NCBI GenBank assembly: GCA_026991225.1
Contig: JALXCB010000054.1
Coordinates: 4,277-68,276, forward strand
Source: Anaerolineae bacterium
GTDB taxonomy: Bacteria; Chloroflexota; Anaerolineae; J102
Direction: 5' to 3'
DNA: 64,000 nt
The notes under the pieces are model-generated. The model did no database searches. It was not told where the DNA came from and saw nothing but the letters and a program-made list of their open reading frames with translations. Below, in pieces: positions 47,740-58,894 of this stretch. Every line of letters begins with the position of its first letter. The stretch's first letter is position 1. Both the position numbers and the translations under genes were made by a program.

Positions 47740-47961
47740 GTAACCACTCAGGTTGCGTTGCCACTTTTTGCCACGAAGGCTCGAAGGAACGAAGACATGC
47801 AGGTTTGCAAGTTTGCAGGTCGCAAGTGGCAAGTCCTTCTGGCGGCAAGGTTTTTCACCTGCTACTTGCTACTTGCTACCTGCCACCTGCCACTTTTACC
47901 CTTCGCGCCTTCGTGTCGTCGCGGCTTCGTGGTTTTTTGACCTCGTTACGTAAGCAGTTAC
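47740..47961. mobile_element. 222-bp GTAAC-family element (subtype D)
   Basis: GTAACCACTCA / TAAGCAGTTAC ends; 15-bp flanking direct repeat GTTCCTTGTGGGTTC. Confidence 0.8.
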
Positions 47962-47999
47962 GTTCCTTGTGGGTTCTCAGAGTGCGCTGTGTTCTCCAA

Positions 48000-49319
48000 T
48001 CATTCGAGAATGGTTACGCCTTCCAGATCGAAGTTGAATTGGGAGAGCAACCATTCCACAGTGGGCTCTTCGCCCGCGGGCTTCACTTCCTTGCCTTTTT
48101 CGGGCACCGGATTGCCCTCCAGATCCAGGCCCGTGCCGTTGCTGACGAACGCATGGGCGGTGAAGGGATCCCATTCGCCCTTCATCATCTGCTCGCGGCG
48201 CTGCGCGACCAGATCCTTGATCTCCTGCGGCACCTCGGCCTTGGGGCTGATGGCGTCCACGCCCACCTTGCCGTCGTTCATGATGTCCACCGTGGGCTCC
48301 ACCGTGCCATCGGCCAGGGTGAAGGTGCTCTCCATGCCCGGATACATGATGGTCTCAGGCGGATTTCCTTCCATCTTGGCCTGCACCATGCGGTCATAGA
48401 TGACCTCCCAACGGGTGTCGAAGGAGATGGCCACCGTGTCGGTGCTGGACCAACCATAGAAGCCGACAATGTCCATGTCCTTGCCCACGTACCAGATGCC
48501 GCTCTCCTGAGCCACATCCAGCGGCGAACCAGAGTCGGACTGCTGGGTGAGCACGTCCACATTGTACTGGTCGATGAGGGTCTTGGCGATCTCCCGCTCC
48601 TCGGTGGGGTTGTACCAGTCGCCTACATACTTGACGTAGATCTTCACGTCCTTGTTCAGCAGCTTGGCGCCATCCTGCACGCCCAGGGTGAAGCCCGCCT
48701 GGCGGCGAATGACCTGCACCGAAGGGAAGGCGGAAACCACGCCGATGTTGCCCGTCTTGGTCAGGGCCGCGGCCACGAGACCTTCCAGGTAGAGGGCCTG
48801 GTACTGGCGAGGGAAGAAGCGCACGAAGTTGGGCTTCGTGGTCAGATCGCTGGCGATGACCGAGCCGAAGATCACATCCGGATACTTGTCGGCAATGTCT
48901 TTCAACGGGAGGCCCATGAACTCAGCGTTGCCGATGACGATGTTGGCGCCTTCCGAGATGAGTTCTTCAGCAAAGGGCACCGTGCTGTCCGGGCCGACTT
49001 CTTCGCGGTAGATGTATTTCACGTTGGGATATTTCTCCGCGATGCGCTTGCCAGCCCGATCGTGCGCGCCCGACCAGGTCGTCCCCTCGATGATGCTAAA
49101 GTGCTCGATGGCCAGCGTGATCTCCTGCGGAGGGGCTTCCTCCGTGGGCTGCTCCGCCGGTTTCTCCGTTGGCTTCGCTTCAGGAGCCTGGGTGGGCTGC
49201 TCCGCGGGAGCCTGGGTGGCGGTGGGCTGTCCCCCACAGGCGGCCAGGGTGAGAGCCAGCGCGGCCAGAACCAGCGCCGCCAGCACGACCATCAGTTTGG
49301 AAAACCGATGTTGACGCAT
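48000..49319 (-). CDS. BMP-family (PnrA-like) ABC substrate-binding lipoprotein
   Basis: LAAC lipobox, P/T/E-rich linker, WSGAHD, VGDWYNP and QQSDS motifs. Confidence 0.9.
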   Translation of the reverse strand: MRQHRFSKLMVVLAALVLAALALTLAACGGQPTATQAPAEQPTQAPEAKPTEKPAEQPTEEAPPQEITLAIEHFSIIEGTTWSGAHDRAGKRIAEKYPNVKYIYREEVGPDSTVPFAEELISEGANIVIGNAEFMGLPLKDIADKYPDVIFGSVIASDLTTKPNFVRFFPRQYQALYLEGLVAAALTKTGNIGVVSAFPSVQVIRRQAGFTLGVQDGAKLLNKDVKIYVKYVGDWYNPTEEREIAKTLIDQYNVDVLTQQSDSGSPLDVAQESGIWYVGKDMDIVGFYGWSSTDTVAISFDTRWEVIYDRMVQAKMEGNPPETIMYPGMESTFTLADGTVEPTVDIMNDGKVGVDAISPKAEVPQEIKDLVAQRREQMMKGEWDPFTAHAFVSNGTGLDLEGNPVPEKGKEVKPAGEEPTVEWLLSQFNFDLEGVTILE

Positions 49320-49446
49320 GTTGCATCTCCTCCTTGTGAGAAAAGGTGGTTGGGTGGAAAAGTGGCGAGGAATGTAAGATGTCTTCAATTGGTTTTGCAC
49401 ATTATCACAAATGGCGGGAATTTGTCAATCTTTGTACAATTCCCTC

Positions 49447-50265
49447 ATGTCCCTCTTTCTTGCTGGCAGCATCAGCCGTTATCTCCATGAATCCACGCCC
49501 AATTCTCTCGCCCTGCGCGTCCTTTCCCGTCATCGCCGGGTCGTGAATCTGATGGATGAGAAGGGCGGGATGTGGGCCGTAGTCCACCCCGACGTGGGGA
49601 ACGGGCCTTTTCACATCGTGCTGGCCGATGCGGCTTCCTTCGATGGCTGGGAGCCGGGCGCGACTGGCCGCTGGGATGGTCGGGCGTTGATGATAAGAAA
49701 CGGGCAGGTGGATGCGACCGCAGCCCGGGTCTGGGATCCCTTCCTGGCCCGAACCCCCATGATCATCCCCGACCGAAGTTGGGAACTCGCCCGAGCGTGC
49801 GCGAGCGCCATCCTGGCTGCGTCGCCGCCCCAGGCGGAGATGGACGCCCGCACATGGGCGCGGTTGCAGGAGGGCGTCATCCGGTTGGGGAAAGCCCGAA
49901 GGACGGGCGATGAGACGGCGCTGCTGGATGCCGCGGGGTTGCTGGCGGGCCTGGGGCCGGGTTTGACGCCGGCCGGGGATGATGTTTTGCTGGGCTGGCT
50001 GGCGCGCGCATGGCTTGGAAACAACATGGATGGGACATGGGCCGCGGGACGCCTTATGGACGCCGTGGAGGGCAGGACGACGCGGGTGAGTGAGGCGTGG
50101 TTGGGTCATGCGGCAGCCGGGCGATTTGCGGAACCCTGGCACGATCTGCGTTCCGCCCTGGCGCGGGCGGATGGCGAAGCCATCTGTCGGACGATGAGCC
50201 GCATCGCGAGCATCGGCGCCACATCGGGCAGGCTGGCGTTGCTGGGCGCATTTCCGTCGCCCTAA
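49447..50265 (+). CDS. DUF2877 (YlbF/YahE-like) protein
   Basis: LAGLGPGLTPAGDDVLLG, RTTRVS and IGATSG motifs. Confidence 0.88.
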   Translation: MSLFLAGSISRYLHESTPNSLALRVLSRHRRVVNLMDEKGGMWAVVHPDVGNGPFHIVLADAASFDGWEPGATGRWDGRALMIRNGQVDATAARVWDPFLARTPMIIPDRSWELARACASAILAASPPQAEMDARTWARLQEGVIRLGKARRTGDETALLDAAGLLAGLGPGLTPAGDDVLLGWLARAWLGNNMDGTWAAGRLMDAVEGRTTRVSEAWLGHAAAGRFAEPWHDLRSALARADGEAICRTMSRIASIGATSGRLALLGAFPSP

Positions 50266-50468
50266 CCCTTTGTGCTACAATCTTGCCAATATCGTCGTCA
50301 GCGCTTGTCAGAAGATCGTCAAGTCGAAATTGGGCGAAGCGGCATCGTGAACCGCGAAAAACGTGATGCGTAGGGCCCTCACGCATCACGTCTCACGTTT
50401 CATGTGCTGCTTGCTCTCGCCAGGCGTCCTGACCGAAACACGCTTATTTCGCAGTATCGGAGCCTTAC

Positions 50469-51296
50469 GTGCACATCGCTATCATCGGTCATCTCACCCG
50501 GGACATCTCGCCCGATGGATACACCGTCGGCGGCGCGGTGAGCTATTCTGGCGTGACTGCGCGCAGGCTGGGGGCCGAGGTGACGGTGCTCACTCGGGCG
50601 CATCCCAGGGATGTGCGCTTTCTCGAATCGGAAGGCATTCACGTCATCAACCTGCCCACCGAGGTCTACACCACCTTCCACAACGTCTATTACAAGGATA
50701 TTCGCATTCAGCAGGTGCTGGCCGTGGCCGGGCCCATCATGGAACAGGACGTCCCGCCCGAAATCTACGAGGCCGACCTGCTTTTGCTGGCCCCCGTCGC
50801 CCAGGAAGTGGACCCCGCCATCGCATCGCGGGCGCATCACCCACTCGCGGCCACGCCCCAGGGCTGGATGCGTGAGTGGGATGTCCAGGGCAAGGTGTAT
50901 TCCATTCCCTGGTACGGTGCTGGCCGCATTCTCCCCTATCTCGACGTCATCATTTTCTCCGACCAGGACCTGGTGGGCGATATGAGCATCCTGCCCACCA
51001 TCATCGATGCCGTGCCCCTGGTGGCCATCACCCGCGCGGCCAAGGGCAGCGTCATCTACAATCGCGGGCGGCGCTGCCGGGTGCACACCCGTCCCGCCCG
51101 CGAGGTGGATGCCACCGGCGCCGGCGACGTGTTCGCCGCCGCCTTTCTGGTGGCGTTGATGAACGGCAAATCCCCCGCCGACGCGGCCTATTTCGCCAAT
51201 GTCACGGCCAGCCTCAGCATCGAAGCCATCGGGCTGGCCGGCATCCCCTACCGCCATCAGGTCGCATCCTACATCGAAGCGCATCCCGGACCATGA
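50469..51296 (+). CDS. PfkB-family carbohydrate kinase
   Basis: VGGAVSY and VDATGAGDVFAAAF motifs. Confidence 0.9.
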   Translation: MHIAIIGHLTRDISPDGYTVGGAVSYSGVTARRLGAEVTVLTRAHPRDVRFLESEGIHVINLPTEVYTTFHNVYYKDIRIQQVLAVAGPIMEQDVPPEIYEADLLLLAPVAQEVDPAIASRAHHPLAATPQGWMREWDVQGKVYSIPWYGAGRILPYLDVIIFSDQDLVGDMSILPTIIDAVPLVAITRAAKGSVIYNRGRRCRVHTRPAREVDATGAGDVFAAAFLVALMNGKSPADAAYFANVTASLSIEAIGLAGIPYRHQVASYIEAHPGP

Positions 51297-52105
51297 CCCG
51301 AATCTACGCGATTGCCAATCAGAAAGGCGGCGTGGGCAAGACCACCACCGCCGTCAACCTGGGCGCGTATCTGGCCGCCGCGGGCCAGCGCGTGCTCATC
51401 GTCGACATCGATCCCCAGGCCAACGCCACCAGCTCCCTGGGCCTGGGCGCGAGCCAGCTTCCTCGATCCATCTACGACGTGTTCAGCGGCGAGGCGGACC
51501 TGGCCGATGTCATCACCCTCACCAATCGCATGCGCCTGGATATCGTCCCCAGCTCCCACGCCATGGCTGCGCTGGAAACTGAGGCCGTGGAAGCCATCAG
51601 CGATCCCTACCAGCGCAGCTTCCTCCTGCGCAACGCCCTCACCCCCACCCTCCATCGCTACGATTACATTCTCATCGACAGTCCGCCCAGCCTGGGCCTC
51701 ATCACCGTCAACGCCATGACCGCGGCCGAAGGGGTGATCATCCCCGTCCAGAGCGAATATCTGGCCCTGGAGGGGCTGGGGCAGCTGCTTGCCACCATCG
51801 ACAAGGTGCGGCGGGGCCTCAACCCGGCCTTGCGCATCGTGGGCATCCTCATCACCATGTCCGATTCACGCAACAAGCTCAGCCGCCAGGTGGAGGATGA
51901 GATACGGCGCTATTTTCAGGATAAGGTGTTCGATACAGTCATTCCCCGCAATGTGCGATTGGGCGAAGCGCCCAGCTACGGCGAACCTATCAATGCGTAC
52001 GCCCCCAATTCGGCGGGCGCGAAAGCCTATCAGCAACTGGCGGAGGAGCTGTTGATTCGCGACGGCGTCATTTCCCCCACTTCCCCCCAAGGAGCAGTCG
52101 CATGA
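51293..52105 (+). CDS. parA: ParA/Soj ATPase
   Basis: NQKGGVGKTTT, DIDPQANAT, DSPPSLG and IPRNVRLGEAPS motifs. Confidence 0.96.
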   Translation: MTRIYAIANQKGGVGKTTTAVNLGAYLAAAGQRVLIVDIDPQANATSSLGLGASQLPRSIYDVFSGEADLADVITLTNRMRLDIVPSSHAMAALETEAVEAISDPYQRSFLLRNALTPTLHRYDYILIDSPPSLGLITVNAMTAAEGVIIPVQSEYLALEGLGQLLATIDKVRRGLNPALRIVGILITMSDSRNKLSRQVEDEIRRYFQDKVFDTVIPRNVRLGEAPSYGEPINAYAPNSAGAKAYQQLAEELLIRDGVISPTSPQGAVA

Positions 52106-52989
52106 GTCCTCGCAGAGGTCTGGGACGCGGTCTCGATAGCCTGATTCCCACCACGCCCGCCATCGAACCGGAGGCGGAAGGGGCTACCGCGGGCGTCCAT
52201 CTCGTTCCCATCGATGAGATCAGCCCCAATCCCAGCCAGCCCCGGCAAACCTTCGCGCCCGAGGCCCTGGCCGAACTGGCCGCGTCCATCAAAGAGCACG
52301 GGCTGATCCAGCCCATCATCGTCGCCCGCGCCTCCGCGGGTTCCCAAACGCCCTACACCATCATCGCGGGCGAGCGTCGTTGGCGGGCGTCGAAGCTGGC
52401 CGGGCTCAAGCAGGTCCCGGTCATCATCAAGGACGCCACGCCCCAGGCCATGCTGGAGCTAGCCCTGGTGGAGAATGTGCAGCGGGCCGACCTGAATCCT
52501 CTGGAAGAGGCTGTCGCTTACGAGACCTTGATCCAGGAGTTTGGGCTGACGCAGGGGCAGGTGGCCGAGCGCGTGGGCAAGAGCCGGGTGGCGGTGGCCA
52601 ACACCATCCGCCTGCTGCAATTGCCCGACGAGGTGAAGCAGGCGGTGCTGGAGGGACAGATTCGCGAGGGGCACGCCCGGGCACTGCTGGGCCTTACCGA
52701 TGAACAGGTCATGGTGGAGGCGCTGAAGCTGGTCATCGACCGCGGCCTCTCGGTGCGCCAGACCGAGGAGCTGGTGCGGCGTCTGAACGCGCCCGCCAAA
52801 CCCGCGCCCGACGACGATCTCAGCGCCAGCCCCGAAACCAGGGCGCTGGAGGATCGACTACGCCAACGCCTGGGCACGAAAGTCAGCCTCTTCCGCACCC
52901 GCAAGGGCGGGCGCATCGTCATCCATTTCTATTCGGAGGAGGAGTTGGCCGAGCTGTATGAGATGCTCATCGGGGATGAGCCGTTGTAA
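52102..52989 (+). CDS. parB: ParB/Spo0J
   Basis: RRGLGRGLDSL, IAGERRWRA and ENVQRADLNPLEEA motifs. Confidence 0.96.
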   Translation: MSPRRGLGRGLDSLIPTTPAIEPEAEGATAGVHLVPIDEISPNPSQPRQTFAPEALAELAASIKEHGLIQPIIVARASAGSQTPYTIIAGERRWRASKLAGLKQVPVIIKDATPQAMLELALVENVQRADLNPLEEAVAYETLIQEFGLTQGQVAERVGKSRVAVANTIRLLQLPDEVKQAVLEGQIREGHARALLGLTDEQVMVEALKLVIDRGLSVRQTEELVRRLNAPAKPAPDDDLSASPETRALEDRLRQRLGTKVSLFRTRKGGRIVIHFYSEEELAELYEMLIGDEPL

Positions 52990-53425
52990 TCTGGGATAGA
53001 GGGGCGATCATCTGGCTGAAGTTCGCCAGATTGTTGAGGGTGATGACATCGCCGCCGGGCGCGTAGATCACCAACGTTCCCTTGTCGAACCACGCGTCGA
53101 ACGCGGTTTGTGAGATGCCCAGTGTGATATCAGGTCGCATCAGCGAAAAAATCTTTCTGTAGAAAAAGCATCGGCGAATGACAAGGGTTTGGAAGGTGAT
53201 TTCCACGCGAAACCCCAGCCAGCAAAGAAAGTGTACCGCGCCGATGAGGAGCAGCAAAAACCCCAGGATTTCGCACGCCGCGTTCAAGGCACTGGCCTGG
53301 AACTGAGGCAGACGCCTGGAAATTTCCGCCGTCTCCAGAAACAGGCTCGTTCCCACCAGAAACAGCAAGGTGTCTGGCAGAATGACGATAGCGTGTTGTC
53401 GGATAACCATCGGCTTATTCATCAT
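52967..53425 (-). CDS. Hypothetical membrane protein, possibly bacterial PH-domain type
   Basis: GGAGG RBS, two TM helices, then a beta-rich region (QTAFDAWFDKGTLVI). Confidence 0.6.
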   Translation of the reverse strand: MMNKPMVIRQHAIVILPDTLLFLVGTSLFLETAEISRRLPQFQASALNAACEILGFLLLLIGAVHFLCWLGFRVEITFQTLVIRRCFFYRKIFSLMRPDITLGISQTAFDAWFDKGTLVIYAPGGDVITLNNLANFSQMIAPLSQITTAHPR

Positions 53426-53486
53426 GCACCTCCACGCGGACTTGTGAGAGTCCTTGCAGTCACAAGAATGGCGGCATTATGGACCT

Positions 53487-53672
53487 CCTGTTTCGAAAAT
53501 AGCGTTGCGTTGGTTTGCAAAAGCAACTCGAAGCCTGCGTTGGGCGAGGCGGCAACGGACGTGATGCGTAATGCGTAATCCGTGAGGTCGTTACGCATCA
53601 CGCATCACGCATTACGCATTACGTGCTTGGCTTCCCGCGCCCACGTGGCCGCGAGGCGTTTTCGTTCATTTC
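53487..53672 (+). repeat. Scaffold repeat element, heptamer cargo
   Basis: Begins CCTGTTTCGAAAATAG; inverted CGTRATG/YACGCAT arrays. Confidence 0.85.
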
Positions 53673-53787
53673 AACATCTGGTCTTCCTTTTTACCAGTTT
53701 ATACGAATTTCGCGGCCTTTTCCTGACGGGCGTCTGCTGGCAGCCCGACAGAATTCAGACGATATCATGACAAAACGGATAAAATGC

Positions 53788-53941
53788 GTAACTGCTAACG
53801 TACTTGACTTTAGGCCGCCAAAAGCCACGAAGGCTCGAAGTTTTTCGAGGACACGAAGGGGAAAATAAAGAAAAGTACGTCGCGCCTTCGTTTTCTTCGT
53901 GTCTTCGTGGCAAAAAGCGGCGGCACGACCTTGGCAGTTAC
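53788..53941. mobile_element. 154-bp GTAAC-family MITE (subtype C)
   Basis: GTAACTGCTAA / TTGGCAGTTAC ends; flanks TAAAATGC / TAAAATGT. Confidence 0.9.
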
Positions 53942-54044
53942 TAAAATGTGCTTATGGCTGCTGTTCGAGTTTGATTCGTTCCCCGGATTACAGTAGAATG
54001 AAAAGCGTCGCCAGACCCATCCGATCATACTCCCCACCCGTCCC

Positions 54045-54665
54045 ATGAACCATCACCAGGATGAACTCGACGCGCTGATGCGCCGCATCGTCGATCTCTC
54101 GGACGAGAGCCTGATCCTGCTTTCCCAGTACATCAGCTTTCTCAAATGGCAGGAAGAGCAATGGCATTCGCCCGAGGTGTGGGACGATGTGAAACAGGAT
54201 GAAGTGGTCTGGCTTTATGATCTGATCGAGCATTTCGACGGGGCCCGGCAGGCGGCCACGGTGGACATGCGGGGCATGGAGGTGAAGGTCGCGCCCGCCA
54301 GTTGCGGCGGCGTCATCCGCCCGGCCATCTGGCAGCACCCGCCCGTGACGGGCGAAGGCGTGGTCGAATATCAGGTGGAGGCGCCCCTAGATCTGGATGC
54401 AATCAAGCTCAAGTTTGCGACGGGGGTGCGCGATGGCGCGTTGCTCTCGCAGGAGAATCAGGTGGCCTTTCGGATACGCGTCAATGGCCGTCTTATCTGG
54501 TCCCATCTCATGGCCGAAGCCGGGTGGCACGATTTCCTCATCGACTTGCCCACCCTCACGGGCCAGACCATGGTCGTCCAGCTCATCACCGACGCCCTGG
54601 GCAACTCCCGCTGGAACTGGGCCGTCTGGGGCGAGCCTCGCGTCCTCGGCTTGCTACGAACCTAA
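54045..54665 (+). CDS. Hypothetical protein: short helical N-domain plus NPCBM-like beta-sandwich
   Basis: AIWQHPP...VAFRIRVNG...WAVWGEPRV; coding-like codon usage. Confidence 0.7.
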   Translation: MNHHQDELDALMRRIVDLSDESLILLSQYISFLKWQEEQWHSPEVWDDVKQDEVVWLYDLIEHFDGARQAATVDMRGMEVKVAPASCGGVIRPAIWQHPPVTGEGVVEYQVEAPLDLDAIKLKFATGVRDGALLSQENQVAFRIRVNGRLIWSHLMAEAGWHDFLIDLPTLTGQTMVVQLITDALGNSRWNWAVWGEPRVLGLLRT

Positions 54666-54741
54666 ACCTCCCTTTGCGCCTTGGTGACTTGGCGTGAGAT
54701 CCCCATAACATTCACCCATCTATCACAAAAGGAGGACGACG

Positions 54742-56709
<1,968 letters not shown>

Positions 56710-56712
56710 ATC

Positions 56713-57519
56713 ATGTGGCGTTCGTGGTTTTGGAAATGGGGGTTGGGCCTGCTCCTCGTCGGTCTCATCGCGGCCTCTGCACAGGCCCGATCCGCTCGCC
56801 CCTCGCCAGCAGATAATCCGGAAGAGCCGCCATTCCGAATCCGTTCGGTGTGGATATTGGGCGACAGCCTCACCCTGGGCGTGTACGCCTCCTCCCAGGA
56901 AACCACCTTTCGTAACGCGCTTTTTCACGACCTGCAAAGCATCAGCCGCCCCTGGTCGATGCGCATCACGCTGTGGGAAAGCGTGTGCACGCTGGGAGGC
57001 CTGGAAGAAGAATGGGACGATCTGCCAGGCGAGCCCACGCTGCTTTTCATCGAAGTCGGGATCAACGATATCCTCGGCAATGAAAACTGTCCTCTGGTTC
57101 CTGAAGCGCAATGGCGCCAGCGTTATGGCGCCATGCTAGACCGCATCCAACAGGACGCCCCGGGGGTGGAGATCATCGTTGGCTCCATTCCCTGGAGCAA
57201 CTGGCCCGAGGAAAGCGACCGTTATCGCAAAGCCTTGCAATATAACCAGTGGATCGCGGAGGAAGCCCAGGCGCGCGCCATCCCCGTCGCCGATCTCTGG
57301 AGCGCCACCCTGGGTAGGAAGGATGGCATTTCCACGCCCGACCAACCCAGCATGTTTCCTCCCTATCATGGCGACAATTTCCATCCTAACGATGTCGGCC
57401 ATCGCCGTATCGCCAACACGTTTTTCCAGACCTATCTTCGCAAATACCAACGTCTCTACACGCCTTTCCAGCTTTCTTCGGCAACGAAGGAGAATCTCAA
57501 TGGACTTTCAACTCGCTGA
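56713..57519 (+). CDS. Secreted SGNH/GDSL hydrolase
   Basis: Signal peptide; GDSLT, GIND and DNFHPN motifs. Confidence 0.88.
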   Translation: MWRSWFWKWGLGLLLVGLIAASAQARSARPSPADNPEEPPFRIRSVWILGDSLTLGVYASSQETTFRNALFHDLQSISRPWSMRITLWESVCTLGGLEEEWDDLPGEPTLLFIEVGINDILGNENCPLVPEAQWRQRYGAMLDRIQQDAPGVEIIVGSIPWSNWPEESDRYRKALQYNQWIAEEAQARAIPVADLWSATLGRKDGISTPDQPSMFPPYHGDNFHPNDVGHRRIANTFFQTYLRKYQRLYTPFQLSSATKENLNGLSTR

Positions 57520-58645
57520 TGAACACCGCATGTTGCAGGAGATGATTCGCGACTTCGTGGAGAAGGAGGTGAAACCGCGGGCCGCGGAGGTGGATCGGGA
57601 ACACAAGTTTCCCAGAGAAGCCATCGAAAAGATGGGCCCGCTGGGCCTGCTGGGCCTGAACATCCCCGAAGAATGGGGCGGGGCGGGCTCCGACACCCTG
57701 GCTACGGCCATCCTCTACGAGGAGCTGGGCCGGGGCTGCGGCTCCACCGCGCTGACGGTGGAAGCCCATCTCAGCCTGGGCAGCGCCGCCATCAACCTGT
57801 TCGGCAGTGACATGCTCAAAGAGAAATTCCTCACCCGCCTGGCGACGGGCGAGATCCTGGGCGCGCTCAGCCTCACCGAGCCGGGCGCGGGGTCGGACCT
57901 GAAGGGCGGAGTGCGCACCAAGGCGGAGAAAGTGGGAAATGAATGGATCATCAACGGCAGCAAGATGTGGACCACCAACGCCTCGGTGGCGGGCGTTATC
58001 GTCTTTCTGGTCCGCACCGACCCCGCAGGGGGCTCCCGCTCCCTGAGCATGATCGCAGTTCCCACCGACACGCCCGGCCTCATCATTCATCCGGCCGAGC
58101 GCAAGATGGGCCTGCACGGCTGCAAGACCCACGCGGTCACCCTGGAGGATGTGCGGGTTCCGCTGGAATATCTGGTGGGTGAGGAAGGCCGGGGGCTGCA
58201 TCAAGCCCTGGCGGTGCTGGATGGCGGGCGCGTGGGCATCGGCGCGCTAAGCGTGGGTCTGGCCCAGGCCGCGTTCGAGGAGGCGGTGAAATACGCGAAG
58301 GAACGCGAAGCGTTCGGTGGGCCCATCGCCAACCTGCAGGCCATCCAGTTCAAACTGGCGGACATGTCCACCATGATCGAGGTAGCCCGTTGGGCCATCT
58401 ATCGGGCGGCGTGGCTGAAGGATCAGGGCCTGCCGTATAGCCAGGCCGCGGCCCAGGCCAAGCTCTTCGCCACCGAGATGGCGGACAAGGTCTGCTTCGA
58501 GGCCATTCAGATCCACGGCGGCTACGGCTACTCCGCCGAGTTCCCGGTGGAGCGCATTTATCGGGACAACCGGCTCATGCTCATCGGCGAGGGCACCAGC
58601 GAGATCAACCGTCTCGTCATCGCCCGCCATGTGCTTCGGAATTGA
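57500..58645 (+). CDS. Acyl-CoA dehydrogenase (short-chain type)
   Basis: LTEPGAGSD, NGSKMWTTN, QIHGGYGY and IGEGTSEI motifs. Confidence 0.94.
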   Translation: MDFQLADEHRMLQEMIRDFVEKEVKPRAAEVDREHKFPREAIEKMGPLGLLGLNIPEEWGGAGSDTLATAILYEELGRGCGSTALTVEAHLSLGSAAINLFGSDMLKEKFLTRLATGEILGALSLTEPGAGSDLKGGVRTKAEKVGNEWIINGSKMWTTNASVAGVIVFLVRTDPAGGSRSLSMIAVPTDTPGLIIHPAERKMGLHGCKTHAVTLEDVRVPLEYLVGEEGRGLHQALAVLDGGRVGIGALSVGLAQAAFEEAVKYAKEREAFGGPIANLQAIQFKLADMSTMIEVARWAIYRAAWLKDQGLPYSQAAAQAKLFATEMADKVCFEAIQIHGGYGYSAEFPVERIYRDNRLMLIGEGTSEINRLVIARHVLRN

Positions 58646-58833
58646 ATCCGAGACCAGGTGACAGCGGCTTTGGCGCGGTTCGTGAATAGCCTGGGGAAAC
58701 CAGAAAACCCCGTAGACCAGTAGACCGGGCGAGGAGCGCTCTTTTGGGGTCTATTGGTCTACGGGGCTGTCGGATTTCATATTCTCCCGTATCAGCGCGC
58801 TGCGTTTGACGTCATCCTGGGCGATAATGGGAT

Positions 58834-58880
58834 TTGACAATCTGGGGAACGACAGATAAAGTTAATTAGTTTAACTAATT
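58834..58880 (+). promoter_or_regulatory. Promoter with palindromic MarR operator
   Basis: TTGACA-17-TAAAGT, then the perfect palindrome AATTAGTT-T-AACTAATT at 58864-58880. Confidence 0.75.
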
Positions 58881-58894
58881 TTGAACCATTGACC

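Noticed and set aside
38395..50405. CGTGAAAC / GTTTCA sequences as parS sites
   Set aside because: They are heptamer cargo units; no full TGTTTCACGTGAAACA palindrome was found.
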